Notes: generated by a model not told the origin, from the sequence alone. A DNA stretch of 64,000 bases from Camelus dromedarius (GCF_036321535.1 NC_087472.1:97590001-97654000), one strand, 5' to 3'; positions 12,995 through 26,668 are shown, counted from the stretch's first letter. Translations and numbers: made by a program.

Positions 12995-13424
12995 TATAAC
13001 AGCTGTTGTTGGCACCCATCCAGATGGCCTTGACCAGGCCAGTCCAGCCACCCCATGGCTGCTGTGGTACTGGCTGCTACAGCTCATATCCCCTTCTCCA
13101 GAGATTTGCTTCATCCAGAAAAGCCTGGGAATTTATGCCTCCATTTCCCAAAGTGGTTGTTGGCCAATGTCTTACTAATACGGAGTTATAAAAGCTCAGA
13201 ATCCTTGCTTCAAGGTAGGAAAGACTTGATGATACAATTTATGCTCTAGAACTCTCTGTAGGATAGGGCTGAGGCTAGACTTCTGAACCTGTATCTGTGC
13301 TTAGTTCTTTCCGCTGCCGCCTTACTTCCCTCACTCCCTTACAGGTTTCTCCTGAGAACACCTCTTCAGGGAATCGCTTGCTTAAGTATCCTCATCTCAG
13401 GCTCTGCTTCTAGGGAACCTGACA
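12995..13424 (+). mobile_element. ERVL solo LTR (LTR16-family)
   Basis: gttggcacccatccagat start; ggccaatg...tataaaagc; ttctcctgagaacacctc; tcctcatctcaggctctgcttctagggaacctgaca end. Confidence 0.85.
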
Positions 13425-16370
13425 GTATAGGGTAGAAGCAGTGTCTTAGAAGCTGCTCTTTTATAAACCACTCTTTTTACTGTATAATAATCATAGAATC
13501 ACCAAACTATATAATTGCAAAAGACTTTAGAGTTTACCAGCTTTGTCTCTTTCAAATGGAATAATGGAGCCCACTAAGTGACTTATACAAAAGCCAAAAA
13601 TTAGTTTGGACATAGCCTGAGCACAGGCTTTCTGGTTTCCTGTTCTGTGGTTTTCATCTAATTATTACAATTAAGAGTATTGTTCGATTTATGAAGTTAT
13701 GAATGAAAAGAATGGCTTTTTATATAAATAGAAATTTCTTGAATGTTCATTCAGCCAAGGATTATGAAACAATGTCAAACCATTCACATTTGTAATGGTT
13801 AGTAATAGTCCTGAAAATCCATGTTATTAATTATTGGCAACATCCTGTTCCTCCGCCTCCTAAATAAAGATCTCATTCCACCAGCCTCAGAAATTAGAAA
13901 TTTTTTCCAAGAATAGACAAGTATTTTTAGAGTCAGGACTAATTTCCTACACAATGGGAAGATATTGAGTCCTATAGAAATGCAATTATTATGCAAAACA
14001 TGCCTACTTGTGTACTAGCATACAACTTTTAGAATTCATCCTTTTTCTGTGATCCTGCTTAAAACCACTTCAGGGAAACCTAAAATGTTGGCAGTGTTGA
14101 CACCTATTAATATCACATTTGTTTACTAAATAAGTGTGCGAGATAAGCAAGGAAAAAACAAGATGTTGACTCTGCTTGGTACAGATACCGAAAGAAAAGC
14201 TTTTTATTTCCTACTCTGAAATGGACCATTCTGAGTGTTGGGGATGTTCTTGGTAAAGCAGTCTATTATGACAGAAAAATAAAGGCTAAATTACTGCTCC
14301 TATTCTTCTATAAATGTTGTATGATCCGGGCCTTCAGGAATCACAGAAGGTCCTCCTGAGCAAAGGCAAGGTAGCTGACAACCAACAGACTGATTGAAAA
14401 GGCTTGCCAGCAGGGGGAGCTCTTTAAAATAGGCCTAGGCAAGAAGAGAAAGGGGTGAGGGGAAAGGGGGAGAGAAGGTGCTTTCCAGTTTCAGGCACAG
14501 CATACATTTATGAAGAACCAGAAAAGTAAGTGTGGGCTAGTGAGTGCTAAGGATGCAAAGAATCCTCAGCGGTCCTTAGTCACAGAGCAATGACAAAGAA
14601 TCAGAGAGCCGACTTGGAAATTCCCAGGATGCCCTGGGCTCAGATTAAAGCAAAACTCATCTGGTTGAACCAGGTAGAAGGAGTAGGGAGTTGAAACTTT
14701 AGAGTTGCTAAGGCTTTATAAATTCTAAGTAAAATGTCAGAATCATCGGATATTCCATCTGTGGGTGCTTTCCTCCACTATCTATACCGTGCCAAGGCAA
14801 AGCCCTATTTCTCTCCTTTGCTTTCTCTCACACTTAATGAGGTTTCTCTAACAAACTCTCAGGTTCCTAGGTATCAAATGTTGATGGAAGCCCTTTAGGT
14901 TTCTGTAAATTGGGTAAAAACAATCATCACAGCAAAAGTACAAATTCTAAAGGTGTTATTATAGCACAGAATCATGACCACATAGATATTAGTAGATAGC
15001 ATTTCAAAATTTTTGAGGCTTGGTGGAATAATATTTTTTCTGAAGGAGGGGTATAAAAGATTAATAAGACTGAATCAGGACTGATTCTGGAAAAATACTG
15101 AGTCCTGGAGAAATTCAGTTACTATGCAAAGCATGCCTACATTGCCAAGTTCTTTTTTTCTCCTTGCTAGTTCATTCCTACAATTGGGACTAATATTAAA
15201 CCCAAAATGCTCCAAGATACGTCACTCATAAACCAGTAATATAATATGTTCACCTCCTAAAAAAAAAAAGGATGATCTTCGGTGATTGTATTTAGCTATT
15301 GCTTAGTTGCTACAAGTATGGAGTAGATAGCCTTTTGAACTCCATATCATCTCCTAAGATAGCATAAAGAGTATATTATGAAGTTGTTCTGACCTGAATT
15401 CCCATTATTCCTCTACATCAACTTTACTAAAATAACAGACAATAGTGAGCTTAGAGAAGTATTTATACAGGTGAAATATTTTTTTCAGAAGTCACTCATA
15501 TCTTATATTATTTCAGCTTTCCTTGCTTCTGACTTCCCAAATGTGAGTATATAAATGGCCCAGAAAAAAGCCAGGTAGCTTTCCAGCTATATAACTTCAC
15601 ACTGAGAGTGAATGATAAATGTACGCTAGTATTTTCTCCTTAGATCTGTAACTATTTATATACCAAATTTTCTGCTATCTTAATACATAAAAGTATAGTA
15701 AAAGGCATCTAAATGGAGGTTCCTTATGTGTTCAATCCTTCAGGAACATTTTACTGAACACTTACAAGCACAAGACACTTTGTTAGAAACTAACAGTGTT
15801 GTGGTAAATTAAACAAGTATTGCTCTTTTTCTCACTGAGCTTATGGCCTAGGGTCCTGAATAATTCAGTATTTAAGATAGATAATTACATGGTTTGCATA
15901 GTTTGGCATCTGTTGGAGACTTGGATTGGGGGACGGGATTGGTAGGTCATTCGAATGAAATTTAACTCCTTCTAGGGTTTATTTAGCAAGTTAAACTTAA
16001 TACCTTCAATATAGGCAATGAGGAATCAAAAGGTGGTAAAGGATATTTAGGCACAAAGTCATCTATCAAATTTAATTAATCTTTACAACTCATTGCTTTC
16101 AAAGTAAGTGACCCTCAAGAGTTGTAGGTATTGGTATAGCCTAATGTTCAAATATGGTTTAAAATCAAAATATTGATACTCTAAACAGATCATACTTTCT
16201 TTCCTAGGGAATGTATCGTTGATTTTGGTCTTTTTCCTTTAAGTAGCTTTAAAAAATAGCTATTACCTCTTTATACAGAGCGTAGGGCCATAATTCTTTT
16301 TAGACTATGTACCATTCTGTTTTAGAAATGCAAACCCCCACATTATGAACTGGACAGTTCTAGGAATCCT

Positions 16371-16875
16371 ATATCTCAGTTTGGATTTCCCCCAAAATAC
16401 ATCATGAGGCATGAAGTGGTTGCAAGTAGTTAATTTGAGAGATAATTATAAGAAGTACACAAAAGAAAGTAGGGAAAGTGAGACAGGGAAGCTGAAAATC
16501 TACTAAAAAAATTTTAATGACCAGATTATCACACTGGGGATCAAATCCATTTGAGACCCTCTGAGGAACCATGTGGAACATGCTTCAGAAATATTCTATC
16601 AGAGGACAAAGTAAGATGAAATATTTATCCATCACTTCTCAACTATCATTGGTTGAGGGTAGTCCCTAGGGCATTTAAGCCTCAGAGACTTCTAGGCTTC
16701 CCAATGAACAGGCTGAGCAAGCTCTCAGGGTTCCAGAGAAAGCCCTTGGGTGGAGAAGCAGTGAGAACAGACAGTTGATGTGAGAAGTTGTCAGTGCACT
16801 GGGAACTGGCCGCCCAACCTGCAGCTTCACTTAAAGATGGGCTGAGGGGATGAGAGGCAGAGCATCCATGGCACG
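16371..16875 (-). mobile_element. ERVL solo LTR (LTR33-like)
   Basis: ttgcaagtagttaatttgagagata...gggaaagtgagacagggaag...ccctctgaggaaccatgtggaacatgcttcagaa...tatttatccatca...cattggttgaggg. Confidence 0.8.
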
Positions 16876-17239
16876 GGTATGTGCTATGAACGAATTGCTG
16901 TAAACTGTATTTACTTGAAAAAGAACCATGGTCCATAAGATGGTCCAAAATTCACCTTAAACAAGTCTTTATTTTCTACAATACATCCAAAGAAGAATTG
17001 TGCGTATGTGTTTATAGCATTTAAACTATCTTAACACAATTATTATTATTTTATCAGGACCAAAAATTTTAAGTTATCATTTTTTTTCTCTCCCTCATTC
17101 CTGACTTCTGAGGACGAAAGGAAGAGAGATGTTCCATGGAGCAGCTTGCCTCTATGAATATCACCCACTGACAGAAAAATTAAGAGCTGATGAGTTCAGA
17201 CTGGCATTCATGCCACATTCCTTTATTGGTGATGATAAT

Positions 17240-17570
17240 ACCCTATACTTCTTTACCAACTTATCCTATTTGCCCTTATGACACCTTTGGAATGTCAGAG
17301 CAGTTATTGCCTTTATTTTTACAAGTGAAGAAAATTTCACTAAAAGCATGAATTGTGCACCTGGGATGTGCCAAATATTGGGTCAGACATTCTTCCTTGG
17401 GATGTTTCAGTTAATCCTACTCAGGAACCTGGAGGTATTATTGTCCTTATTTTACCGAGGAAAGCCCTAATCAGGGACTGGCGAAGCTTCTATGAGGCAA
17501 GAAGGTTTGGGAGGAAGACCAAATTCCTGGAGCTTCGGTTCCAGTGCTTATTCTCCTGTAACTCTGCCCT
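17240..17570 (-). mobile_element. Two diverged MIR fragments
   Basis: tttattttacaagtgaagaaaa and ggtattattgtccttattttaccgaggaaa MIR core remnants. Confidence 0.55.
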
Positions 17571-17929
17571 TTTCTAGCTTGTCTCCAGATTCCCCCCGAC
17601 ATTCCTGGACAGACATCTGTTATGACATATTACAACCTCTGTAGAACCTTACATGGCACCAACTTTGTTGACTGAATAAATTGCACACCATTGTAACACA
17701 TTGAAAGTATTTTTATCTGCGCTAGCTTGATCTCCATTCAGATGGGGGTTGATTTGATGCTAAGCTTTCTGGGGCAGCACCCATCAGTGGACTTACATCT
17801 CATGTGATCCGTCTTCTTCTTGTACCTTCTACCACATTTCAGCTGGTTAGTTATGCTGGAAAATTATACCTATTGACATAGGCTACAGGACCACGTGTGG
17901 ATTCACCCTCATTTATATCTATAGCCTCT

Positions 17930-18402
17930 TGTCACAGGACACTCCCTCTCATTCTCTCAGGTCTAGCCATACTTGGCTGCTGTCCATCTCGCGTACTTGC
18001 CATGTTCTGTCTCATCAGTGTAACTTTGCACATGATACTTCCTCCACTAAGAATGGTTCAAACTTTTCATCATCACCAAGTCAGTTCCTACTTAAACTTC
18101 AGATCACAGCTCAAGCTAAAGGTTCCTGGAGGAATCTTCACTAATGTAAGCAAATGTTTTTGTTAGGGACTCTGATAACATCATGTGTCTCTGTTGCTGT
18201 ATCAGAGTTCTAAATTTGTCTATTTGTGTGTGTGGGTGTGTGTATGTTTGTGTGACGATTTAATCAACATCTGCCTCTCACACCATGCTACATGCTCCAT
18301 TACAGGAAAATCTTATCTGTGTGGACTCACAAATGTACTTCCCAGCAGCTAGCACAGGGCCTTGCATATGGCAGATAAGCAGTAAATATATCTTGAATAA
18401 AA
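17930..18402 (+). mobile_element. L2 3' region
   Basis: ctttgcacatgatacttcctc...cttcagatcacagctcaa...cccagcagctagcacagggccttgcatatggcagataagcagtaaatatatcttgaataaa. Confidence 0.8.
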
Positions 18403-18463
18403 TATGTGAATCTATAATATTAATGATTTCTCTGTGTTGAACCCAGAGTGTCGTTCTTAGTCC

Positions 18464-18671
18464 CACTGGTCCTTAATTGGGGAAGAATTGCCCCACCCCA
18501 GGGGGGGATTTTGAAATGCCTTGAGGGTGTTCTCTTGTTACCATAATGACTAAGTGCAGCTACTGGGATGTGGTAGCAGGAGGAATGTTAAGAATCATCC
18601 ACTATGTAGGGTAGCCTAACCAAGGGATAAATGTTTCACTCAAAATGCCAGGAGTACCCTGAAAAACACTG
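18464..18671 (+). mobile_element. MER20-like hAT-Charlie MITE
   Basis: cactggtcct...gggggattttgaaatgcc...gttaccataatgact...gctactggga...caaaatgccagg...gaaaaacactg, with terminal inverted repeat-like ends. Confidence 0.7.
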
Positions 18672-19719
18672 TAAGAAAGATTACGTATTTTAATAATAGG
18701 CCTCTAATATGTTTAAATAATTGTTAGCATGATTTTGTATGTAGCGTAGTGGTACAAGTGCATGTATGTGTGTGCATGTGTGTGTGTGTAACTGCTTCGA
18801 AAGTTAACGTGTGTCTATTAATAATGAGTTTATAGATTATTTTTGCAATTTATACCAGAAAGAAGGACTACAGGAAGGCAGAGGGAATGGAGACAGGAAA
18901 ACTGTCTGATGTATCAGAAATGCAAAACCTAAAAATGACCAGGAGGCCCAGTGTTAATCTAATTTACACTGGTGATATTTTCCTTTGTATTTTCTGTGTT
19001 CCTTCTTGCTTTTCTATTTCTGTCTGGTTTTTTTATTTCTTCTCCTGGGTTAAATCCCCAGTCTGACACGTTCATATGTTTACTTTCTTCCTTTTAGTTC
19101 AAATAGAACATTGAGATTGGTTTTCAGGATTGTTTGTGTCATGTCACAGTTAGCCTGTGGCTGCAGTAGGGAAGCTCAGTAAAGCCTCTTTCATTGTTTC
19201 TATTATAACATGAGAGCAGCCCAGATACCAGTGGTAAACCTCCCTTTACTGAGACCAAGAAAATGATTTCACGATCCCTTTCCTGCATCAGGTGGCTGGA
19301 AAAATATGAGGCGGACATGGAAGTTACTGTAACGTAATAGGACAAAGCCCGAGATGGGAATTCCAGGCATTGGAGAGCCCTACCAACCAACCATCAGTCA
19401 TTTAACCTCTTTGAGCCCTGGTTTGATCATTTTAAAAGAATGAAACACCAGGTAAGAAAGCCTCTAGGACTCTTTTCTGATCTAAAATTGAGTTTTCAGG
19501 CTCAAGGAAGAATGGGGAAGGAGGGAAAGAAGAGAAATATATGTTATCTTAGAAAGTGGGTAAGAAGATGTCTCCCATGTATGAAATTATGAACCATGCC
19601 TTTTTCCTTTGGAATGGTACAGAAGCTTATGTTCTAGAGTGGAACAGCTGGTGTATGCCCAGCACTTTCCAAGGAGCAGGCATGAACTCCCTGGAGGATT
19701 AACTCAAGAATGATTTCAG

Positions 19720-19990
19720 AGGCAGTATCCACATAAGTGACCACATAAGTGGTTAGGTGTTTGGGCTCTGGGGACTAATCCATGCTTTAATACTGATGTC
19801 ACCGCTTTCTGGCCCTATAAATTGGGCATGCAGTTAACCACTGAAAGCCACTGTTTCTTCATCCTTAAAATGGGAATAAGAATAGTCCCTACTTCATAGT
19901 GTTGTTGTGAGAATTAAATGAACAAATGCCATGTAAAAGCATGTCTTAGCACATGGTCAGTGATCCATAAATTTCTAATGTAATGACTAT
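19720..19990 (+). mobile_element. MIR SINE
   Basis: gtggttagg...ggctctgg...ttgggcatgcagttaaccactg...ctgtttcttcatccttaaaatgggaataagaatagtccctacttcatagtgttgttgtgagaattaaatga. Confidence 0.9.
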
Positions 19991-21754
19991 AATAAGCAGG
20001 GTAAACCAATCAAGAATAGAGCAGTTTAATAAATTATTCCTTGGTTACCAGAAATCTCTCCCCACTGCAGCCTACCTTTTCCAGAATGGCTGATGAATCC
20101 TTGCATGAACTAGCAGTGTGCATGATGATGACCAGTTGAATGCTAATAAATACGCATTTCAAGAGCTGTTATTTATTACTTTTTATAAATTTACTCACCT
20201 GTCTCAAAACTGCTACATATGGTTAAGATGTTTAAATTAATCATATGTATCTAGGAAAGGGATAAATTTAGTGTTTCACCTATTGTGGATTATAGATCCT
20301 CATATCAGACTCAATGATAATCTTCTTTTAATATTCCTTTCAGAGACATAGAAACATCAGTGCCGTAACTTTTAGTGTTTTTTTTTTTTTCACCTGGTCC
20401 AGTCTACATTTTCATGAATAGCTAGGAATGTGTTTCACCACAAGGCTATAGGATGAGTTTGTATTTGACTTCCCCATTAGTTAATACCACTAGCTGAGCA
20501 GGCGGCTGCCAAAGGCATTTTCTTTTTCTGGATTGGTCACAGAGATGCCACTGTAATTTTATACTCATCACTTTTGTTAATTACTGCACTGAGTTCATCA
20601 TTTCTCCTGGGAGTTAACTCCTGGCTTGGAATAAGCACTGTGAGATTTTGTGATATACCTCTATTGTAGGATTGGAATATTCTTGCATCATCCTGTGAGA
20701 TGATTCAGGATTTCAGGTGTTCAGAGTGCTCTGATATTTCAGATCATTATGTGCACATTGTTTTCTATCTTCCACTCCCTTAATTCATGATCTTTGTTTA
20801 TCATATTTCCTTGCCTCATTCATAGTTCTTTTTTCCTTTTTCAGTTTTATTAGGTAGGATTATTACAGTTTGACGGCACATACACATTATATCGCATGTA
20901 AATACATATATACAGTATACTGCACATTTTTTACATTGCATATGTGTGCTGATCATTGTTTCTAAGAACGATTAGAGCTTTATCTTTTTAAACTTACATA
21001 GTTATTAAAAGAATGCCTTATTCATAGTTTCTTAAACGTGGAGATATTCTAGCTGGTTGCACAGTAGTATTTCAATAGAGCTTTTCATTTTAGGCAAATT
21101 ATTCTAATAATATTTCACATTTGTTCTTTAGCCTATTATACTTTGGTGTTTTTTGTTTCACAAGGATTTTTATAAGTTTAATTTTGTTGTGACATAGGGG
21201 TAATTCTGTTATATGCCAGGATTGTGCATTTGACAGTTGTAGATTGAATTATTTCAGTTAGTAAATTAAATAAACTAATACTGTAGCCTCGGTATTAGTA
21301 TTCTTAATAGATATATTTATTTTAAGTAAAGATAAATTCCCTGTCCTAAATAGTTAGGTAGTAAATGAGACACGTAAAGTAAAATCAGTGTTTATGCTTT
21401 CAAGACTTTATTGTAACTTGAAGCAGTGTAAGAAAATACAAGTGTAATGCCATATTGCTAATTTTACCAGTTCCATCATTTTTTAATAATAAGTATATAC
21501 TTTGTTGAATAATGACTTCAGAGTCACTTATTTTTTATCAGTGTAAACTGCTCTTCAAATTTATCATTTCATGTACATGCTTATACTCTGCCACTTCTGC
21601 TGTATCATTCACTTTCAGTAAGCCCATCTGCCACTTAGTTAAAAATATAAATGTAAATGTATATTAAAATATACATAATTTATGTCATTTAACATAAAAT
21701 ATAAATTGAAATATAAGTTTAATAGCTGGGTATGTAAATTGTTTTTAATAAGAT

Positions 21755-22345
21755 GAATTTATGCCCATCTCAGTAAATGCAAGGACTTGAAGTAGCTATA
21801 TTTTAAGCAATAAAAATAAAATATAAATTGATAAACAGATCAAGAGGAAGGGACATAAGAGTAGACTAATAAAAAAAACCTAGAAGATACAATTAGTTTG
21901 CAGAAATGTCTATTATTAAATCTTGTTAAATCACTAGAAGTAGAATAGAGATTTAGCTCCAAGCTTCCCAGTAGCCAAAGCAAAGAAAACAGCATTGTTT
22001 GCAAGATTTGCAATTTGGTAATATTTTTTTAAAGTTTGGGTCCAGGAAAGGCCCATTTTTTCCTGGTACGAGTATTAAGAGATACATTTCTCTCAAGTTC
22101 TAATAAAGGGGTTGTTACAGGATATGAAACACATTGTCCTCAACATCATCTTAACAACAGTTTTGAGGGCATCTTACCATATGATTGCTTTTTCAAGAAT
22201 ATGAATTGTGGCAATAATGCTGAAACAGTATTTGGTAAAACCAATTTTACATATAATCAAAACAATGCAATACAAGTTTTTGAACAATTAAATGATCGTG
22301 TTTTATCCAAGAATAATATTTGGCCACTCCAGAAAAATGAATGAT
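21755..22345 (-). mobile_element. Ancient non-LTR retrotransposon 3' region (L4/RTE-X-like)
   Basis: Minus-strand translation RCPQNCC*DDVEDNVFHIL*QPLY*NLREMYL resembles the C-terminal CCHC-like motif (CxC...VEDxxHxLLxCPLYxxLR), followed by VFFALATGKLGAK. Confidence 0.6.
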
Positions 22346-22408
22346 GTTTATAATCTTCACACACAAATATATATTCATATACATATGATACAGTTGCAAA
22401 ATATATTT

Positions 22409-22548
22409 TTTAATTTTTTTAACTTTTTTTATTGAGTTATAGTCATTTTACAATGTTGTGTCAAATTCCAGTGTAGAGCACAATTTTTCAGTTATACATG
22501 AACATACATATATTCATTGTCAAATTTTATTTCGCTGTGAGCTACCGC
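22409..22548 (-). mobile_element. Short 5'-truncated camelid-type L1 3' end with 12-bp TSD
   Basis: Reverse complement aligns with the L1 3' UTR at ~57440-57565 (aaaaattgtgct..acactggaatttgacacaacattgtaaaatga); TSD caaaatatattt at 22397-22408 and 22549-22560. Confidence 0.9.
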
Positions 22549-22707
22549 CAAAATATATTTATTATATGCACATGTATATATCCTGTACCATCCTCAATCA
22601 GATTGTGAATCTCAGACAGGTGTGTAGACTGTATTACATCCCCAGTGCTTACCACAGTGCTGTGTCAATGAAGAACTCACAATAAATGCTAACCATGGCT
22701 GACAAAT

Positions 22708-24607
22708 TATATCAGACACCCCTTTATGCACCACAAATCCTCTCAGCCCACCACATACTACAGTCACTGCTGTAGTGACCAGTTCAGCAGAGGCTTCAAA
22801 CAGTCTGACAGATGCAACCTGACTGGACCTTGCCTCAGGCTCGCTTCATGCCTGGGGGCTTCTGACACCACAGCAAGTGACAGTCAACCACAGGAAACTG
22901 CTCTGCACTCATGAATGCAGAACCCAGAAAGCCTTGACCAACAGAACCACATTAAACAATTGACACCAGGAGCCAAAGGATAATTTCCTCCTCTTTTCAT
23001 CCTCAAAAAAAAAAAAAAAAAAAAAAGGTTCTGAGATGGAGTTCGTAAGGTTTCTCAGAAGGTCCATTGGGATCAAGTTCCAGTTACCCTATTGGTGGCC
23101 AACTTGGTAATACATCCCTGTATTGGCTTTCCTTCCTTTCCAGAAGAGGGACGCACACCTGTCATTTAACCACTATTCCATGAGATTACATTCCCAAGTC
23201 AACTATTTGCACAAAGGTCTTTCTTTCAGATTCTGCTTTTAGAGGAACCAGACTAAAAGAATTGTTACCAAAGTGATAATATCCACCTTGCTTCTAGAAG
23301 CATCACAGTTACTAAGACTTTAACCCATCGTGCTCTGGGACAAGATGCAGGTGTAAGGTGGAAAACTGAGCATGTGATAGCAATGTAACAGGACAAGTAT
23401 GAGGGCTAACAATAGTTATAATGATATGATGAAAGTAAATAAATAATGTAATTATTTCAGAAATATGTTAAAAAAAAAAAAAAAGACAGGATCAGGTCAG
23501 CCAAATAACAATTCAAGAAACTAAAAGCCAGAGGGTCCCTAGGGAAGCAAATAAGAATAACTGAATCTCCTGCAGCTTCTGAGAAAACCATACTAGGAAT
23601 CAGACCCAAGATCCAGTTTTAAAGATGGCAGAGATACAGTGAAAGTTGAAAGCACAGCCTTGACAGGTCTCCGATATAAAAGTCAGTATTCTGAGAGGCA
23701 TGTGTGTGATTGTGATACATGGATGGGCACATATGGATGGATCAGCCTGAGACAAGCGATCCCCAGATTCCACTAAACCTTCCCAGCTGGTAGGATTATC
23801 CTGCTCTTTGCTGGAAGAGGGAACTTCCTGGTGCTTAGATACACTGAAAAGACCTTATCTGAGGCAGGTAACATGAACATGATGTCTTTTTTTCTCAAAA
23901 ACTGCTCCTGCCATCCTCATACCTCAAGGCTGGGAACAGGGTCAGGTCATAGCCCAGCCCAAGCATAGAAACACAGTCTCTGTCGTGTAAGCAAATAGCT
24001 TACACCCTGAAGCAATTGCAGGACCAGGTGATATTGGCTGGGACCAGGGACCTAATGTGAGAGTGAATAATAAGGGTATTAGACCAAGGAATCATTGACC
24101 TACAAGCACTCACCTGTGATTTGGGGTTCAAAATATTGGCAAGGACACCTGAATTCCTGAATTTTGCTCTGATATACTCTGGGGTGGCTCTCTGGAGTTT
24201 TGAAACAATAATGGCCTGCAGTAAATGAGGTAGTGATGCAGGAATACCTAGGCATGATAGTGAGGAAGGAAATAGGAGATGTAGGGAGGCGGAATGTTAG
24301 AATGGATTTATTTTGTGAGATTAGGGAGCCCACCATTTGACCATATTCCCCAGAAGGGCCATAGGACAGTCCTTTCACTAAGGCAATAAGAGATGTCTTG
24401 GCAATAAGCAGTGACATCTTTGAGATGCTCAGTGGTATTTTCTGAAGGCCAGGTTGACAGATATGCTACCATGGAACTGGGCTTCCAAATACTAATGGGG
24501 AAAAGAGGGAAACCCTGGAATGCAAAGGCCAATAGCAACACTTAACCTTCAGAGGCAAGGTGGTCCTTGTCCCAGACTCTGATTTTGGGAAACCCCAGAA
24601 TAAGACA
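22708..24607 (+). mobile_element. Deleted ERVL provirus (LTR16-family 5' LTR, PBS, gag remnant, terminal stub of 3' LTR)
   Basis: LTR to ~23260, then PBS-like attgttaccaaagtg. Gag-like remnants IRVLDQG, GFKILAR, MLEWIY, EGP*DSPFTKAIR, LNLQRQGG; then LTR end ctctgattttgggaaaccccagaataagaca. Confidence 0.85.
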
Positions 24608-26330
24608 ATGATAAAGGCAAAACCCAACTCACTGTAATGGAATATTAATACTTTCCTTTCTGATCAATGCAATAAAAGATTGCTTGATACTTACTTTACT
24701 AATTTCTTTGTGCCTGCAAGTTTGAATTTACTTGAGATTTTATAATCTAGAGATGCCTACGTATTTTCATTATGATTTTACAACATTTTATCATTAAATA
24801 AGTCTTTTTTTCTGGCTTCTTCTCCCTGCTTCCCCAGTTTTAGTAATTGAACCCACTTTATTTTGATTATCCCAAGCACTTAAGTGATGTATGTCTTCCA
24901 GCTTTTAGATAAATAATTTATTTGCAATAGTCGTAACTGAGTAGAAAATAAACAGCTCATCTGTTTCTTTCAGTGTACACATTTTGAACTCTGTTCTTCA
25001 TTTCAGATTCTTTTGCCAATTTAGAAAGTGAAAGTGTATAGAGAAGTTGATTAAGTCTTAATGACTCTTACTTAATTCTTCAAACTGGGAAGTAGCTGGA
25101 TAAATGATTCATGATGGAACTGTCTTTATCATTAGAAATACTCTTCAGCTATTCTCAGTAAAGTACTTTTATGAAGCACCTAATATGTATCCAGCATAAT
25201 GCTAAACAAGAAAGAGCTTTTACCCTTAAGACTATTCATGATTGGCTATAGATTGTGCAAAGTTATCCCCCAAGATTTAAGCACTGAGATTTGATTTTTG
25301 AAAATTGTTCTTACTTCCATACGTTTGGTTCAACAAAAGTGCTTCACAGTCTTTTCCCTGGCCTTTGGTAGGTCTATAAGAAGACTTCAAAATAAACCAC
25401 AGATAAGAATAAATAAGATAATGTACATTGGAAGGGCTAGCCCTGAGAAAGTAGGGGAGGGAGTGGAGTTTGTCTTTAGTTTACCTCCCTCTTCCTCTTT
25501 CTGTATCTTTCAGTATTTGAGATCCCTGCTATCTACCAAAAGCCTATTCATTACCTCATTACAGACCAGTCACTTCTTCACTAAGACTTCACGTTATAAT
25601 GAATGTGTTGGGGGCTTGGTGCCAGGGCATCTTGAAAAAACAAAGAGGCCTTTAAACCTCAAAGCCATCCTTCTCTAATGCAGGATGGGAAGGGAGGGAT
25701 TTCAGGTGTTGCAGCAAGTCAGATTTTTAAGGTAGGAAGGCATTTTATTCTCCAAGATTTGCCAAATATATTTTATAGCTAGAGTCAAAAGATTCCTAAA
25801 ATCACTTCTTTATGAAACTTTCCTTGACGTAGGAAGCTTACAATTATCCTGTTAACTCTTAGCAACTGATAGTGATTCTCTGGTGGTTATCTTTGTTTCC
25901 TATACAATATAGCATTTTGAGGATTGTGTCAGTTTTCCAATGTGTCTTTCTTAAACAGTATCCTCTTGTTTAGAGTATTATCTTTGCAAGAAGCTCTGTG
26001 CCTATTTGACTTCACTTGCCTGAATGAAAAACAAGTGGTCGAAATAAATTTAAAAGGTGAAAGTGATGCTTCATTTGAGGTATTATTTTCGATCTTTGCA
26101 TGTGTCCTTGAAACTAAGTCTTTGCTATTATTTAATTATTTCATTTTGTGGGTCAAAGAAGAGGAAAGCTCTGAGTCCTCCAGGATTTCTGTCAAATTTA
26201 TTTTTAAAAGGAATACAGGTAAGAAAGCCAGGGAAGAATTTTCCCTTATTCTTCCCAGTTACATATTCCATACTAAGTTTAAAATAAGGAGTAATAAGCA
26301 TATTTGGAGTAATATTTTATATGCAGATGT

Positions 26331-26483
26331 GCAGCTGGCCCTTCATATCAGTGGATGTGAACCTGTGGATATGAGGGGTTGACTGTACTATGCCATTTTA
26401 TATAAGGGACTTGAGCACCTATGGATTTTGGTATCCATGAGGGTCCAGGAACCAGTCCCCTGTGGAGACCAAGGGATGCTTAT
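26331..26483 (-). mobile_element. TcMar-Tigger MITE (MER2-related)
   Basis: tactatgccattttatataagggacttgagcacctatggattttggtatcc...ggaaccagtcccctgtggagaccaaggga is the antisense MER2 left end. Confidence 0.85.
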
Positions 26484-26534
26484 ATAAGGAAATTAGTATT
26501 TCTACTCCAAATTGGTTGCTTGAAAAAAAAATCT

Positions 26535-26668
26535 TCTCCTTTCTTGGAGCAGTTCAAGGATGACAGATACAAATAGATGGAGATGTTTTAGAAGGGATTT
26601 AAACACTGGGTGATTGCTTGAACTAGCTGATCTTTAAGACCATTTCCAAACCAAATATTCTATGAATT
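26535..26668 (+). mobile_element. L3/CR1 (or MIR3) 3' end
   Basis: ggagcagttcaagga...gaactagctgatctttaagaccatttccaaaccaaatattctatga CR1-type terminus. Confidence 0.7.

Noticed and set aside
23005..23026. A22 run within the ERVL LTR as a retrotransposed tail
   Set aside because: No TSD or attached element; slippage is the simpler explanation
25298..26382. 126-aa and 152-aa ORFs
   Set aside because: Non-ATG starts, random-like composition, one ends in a MITE, no domain recognised
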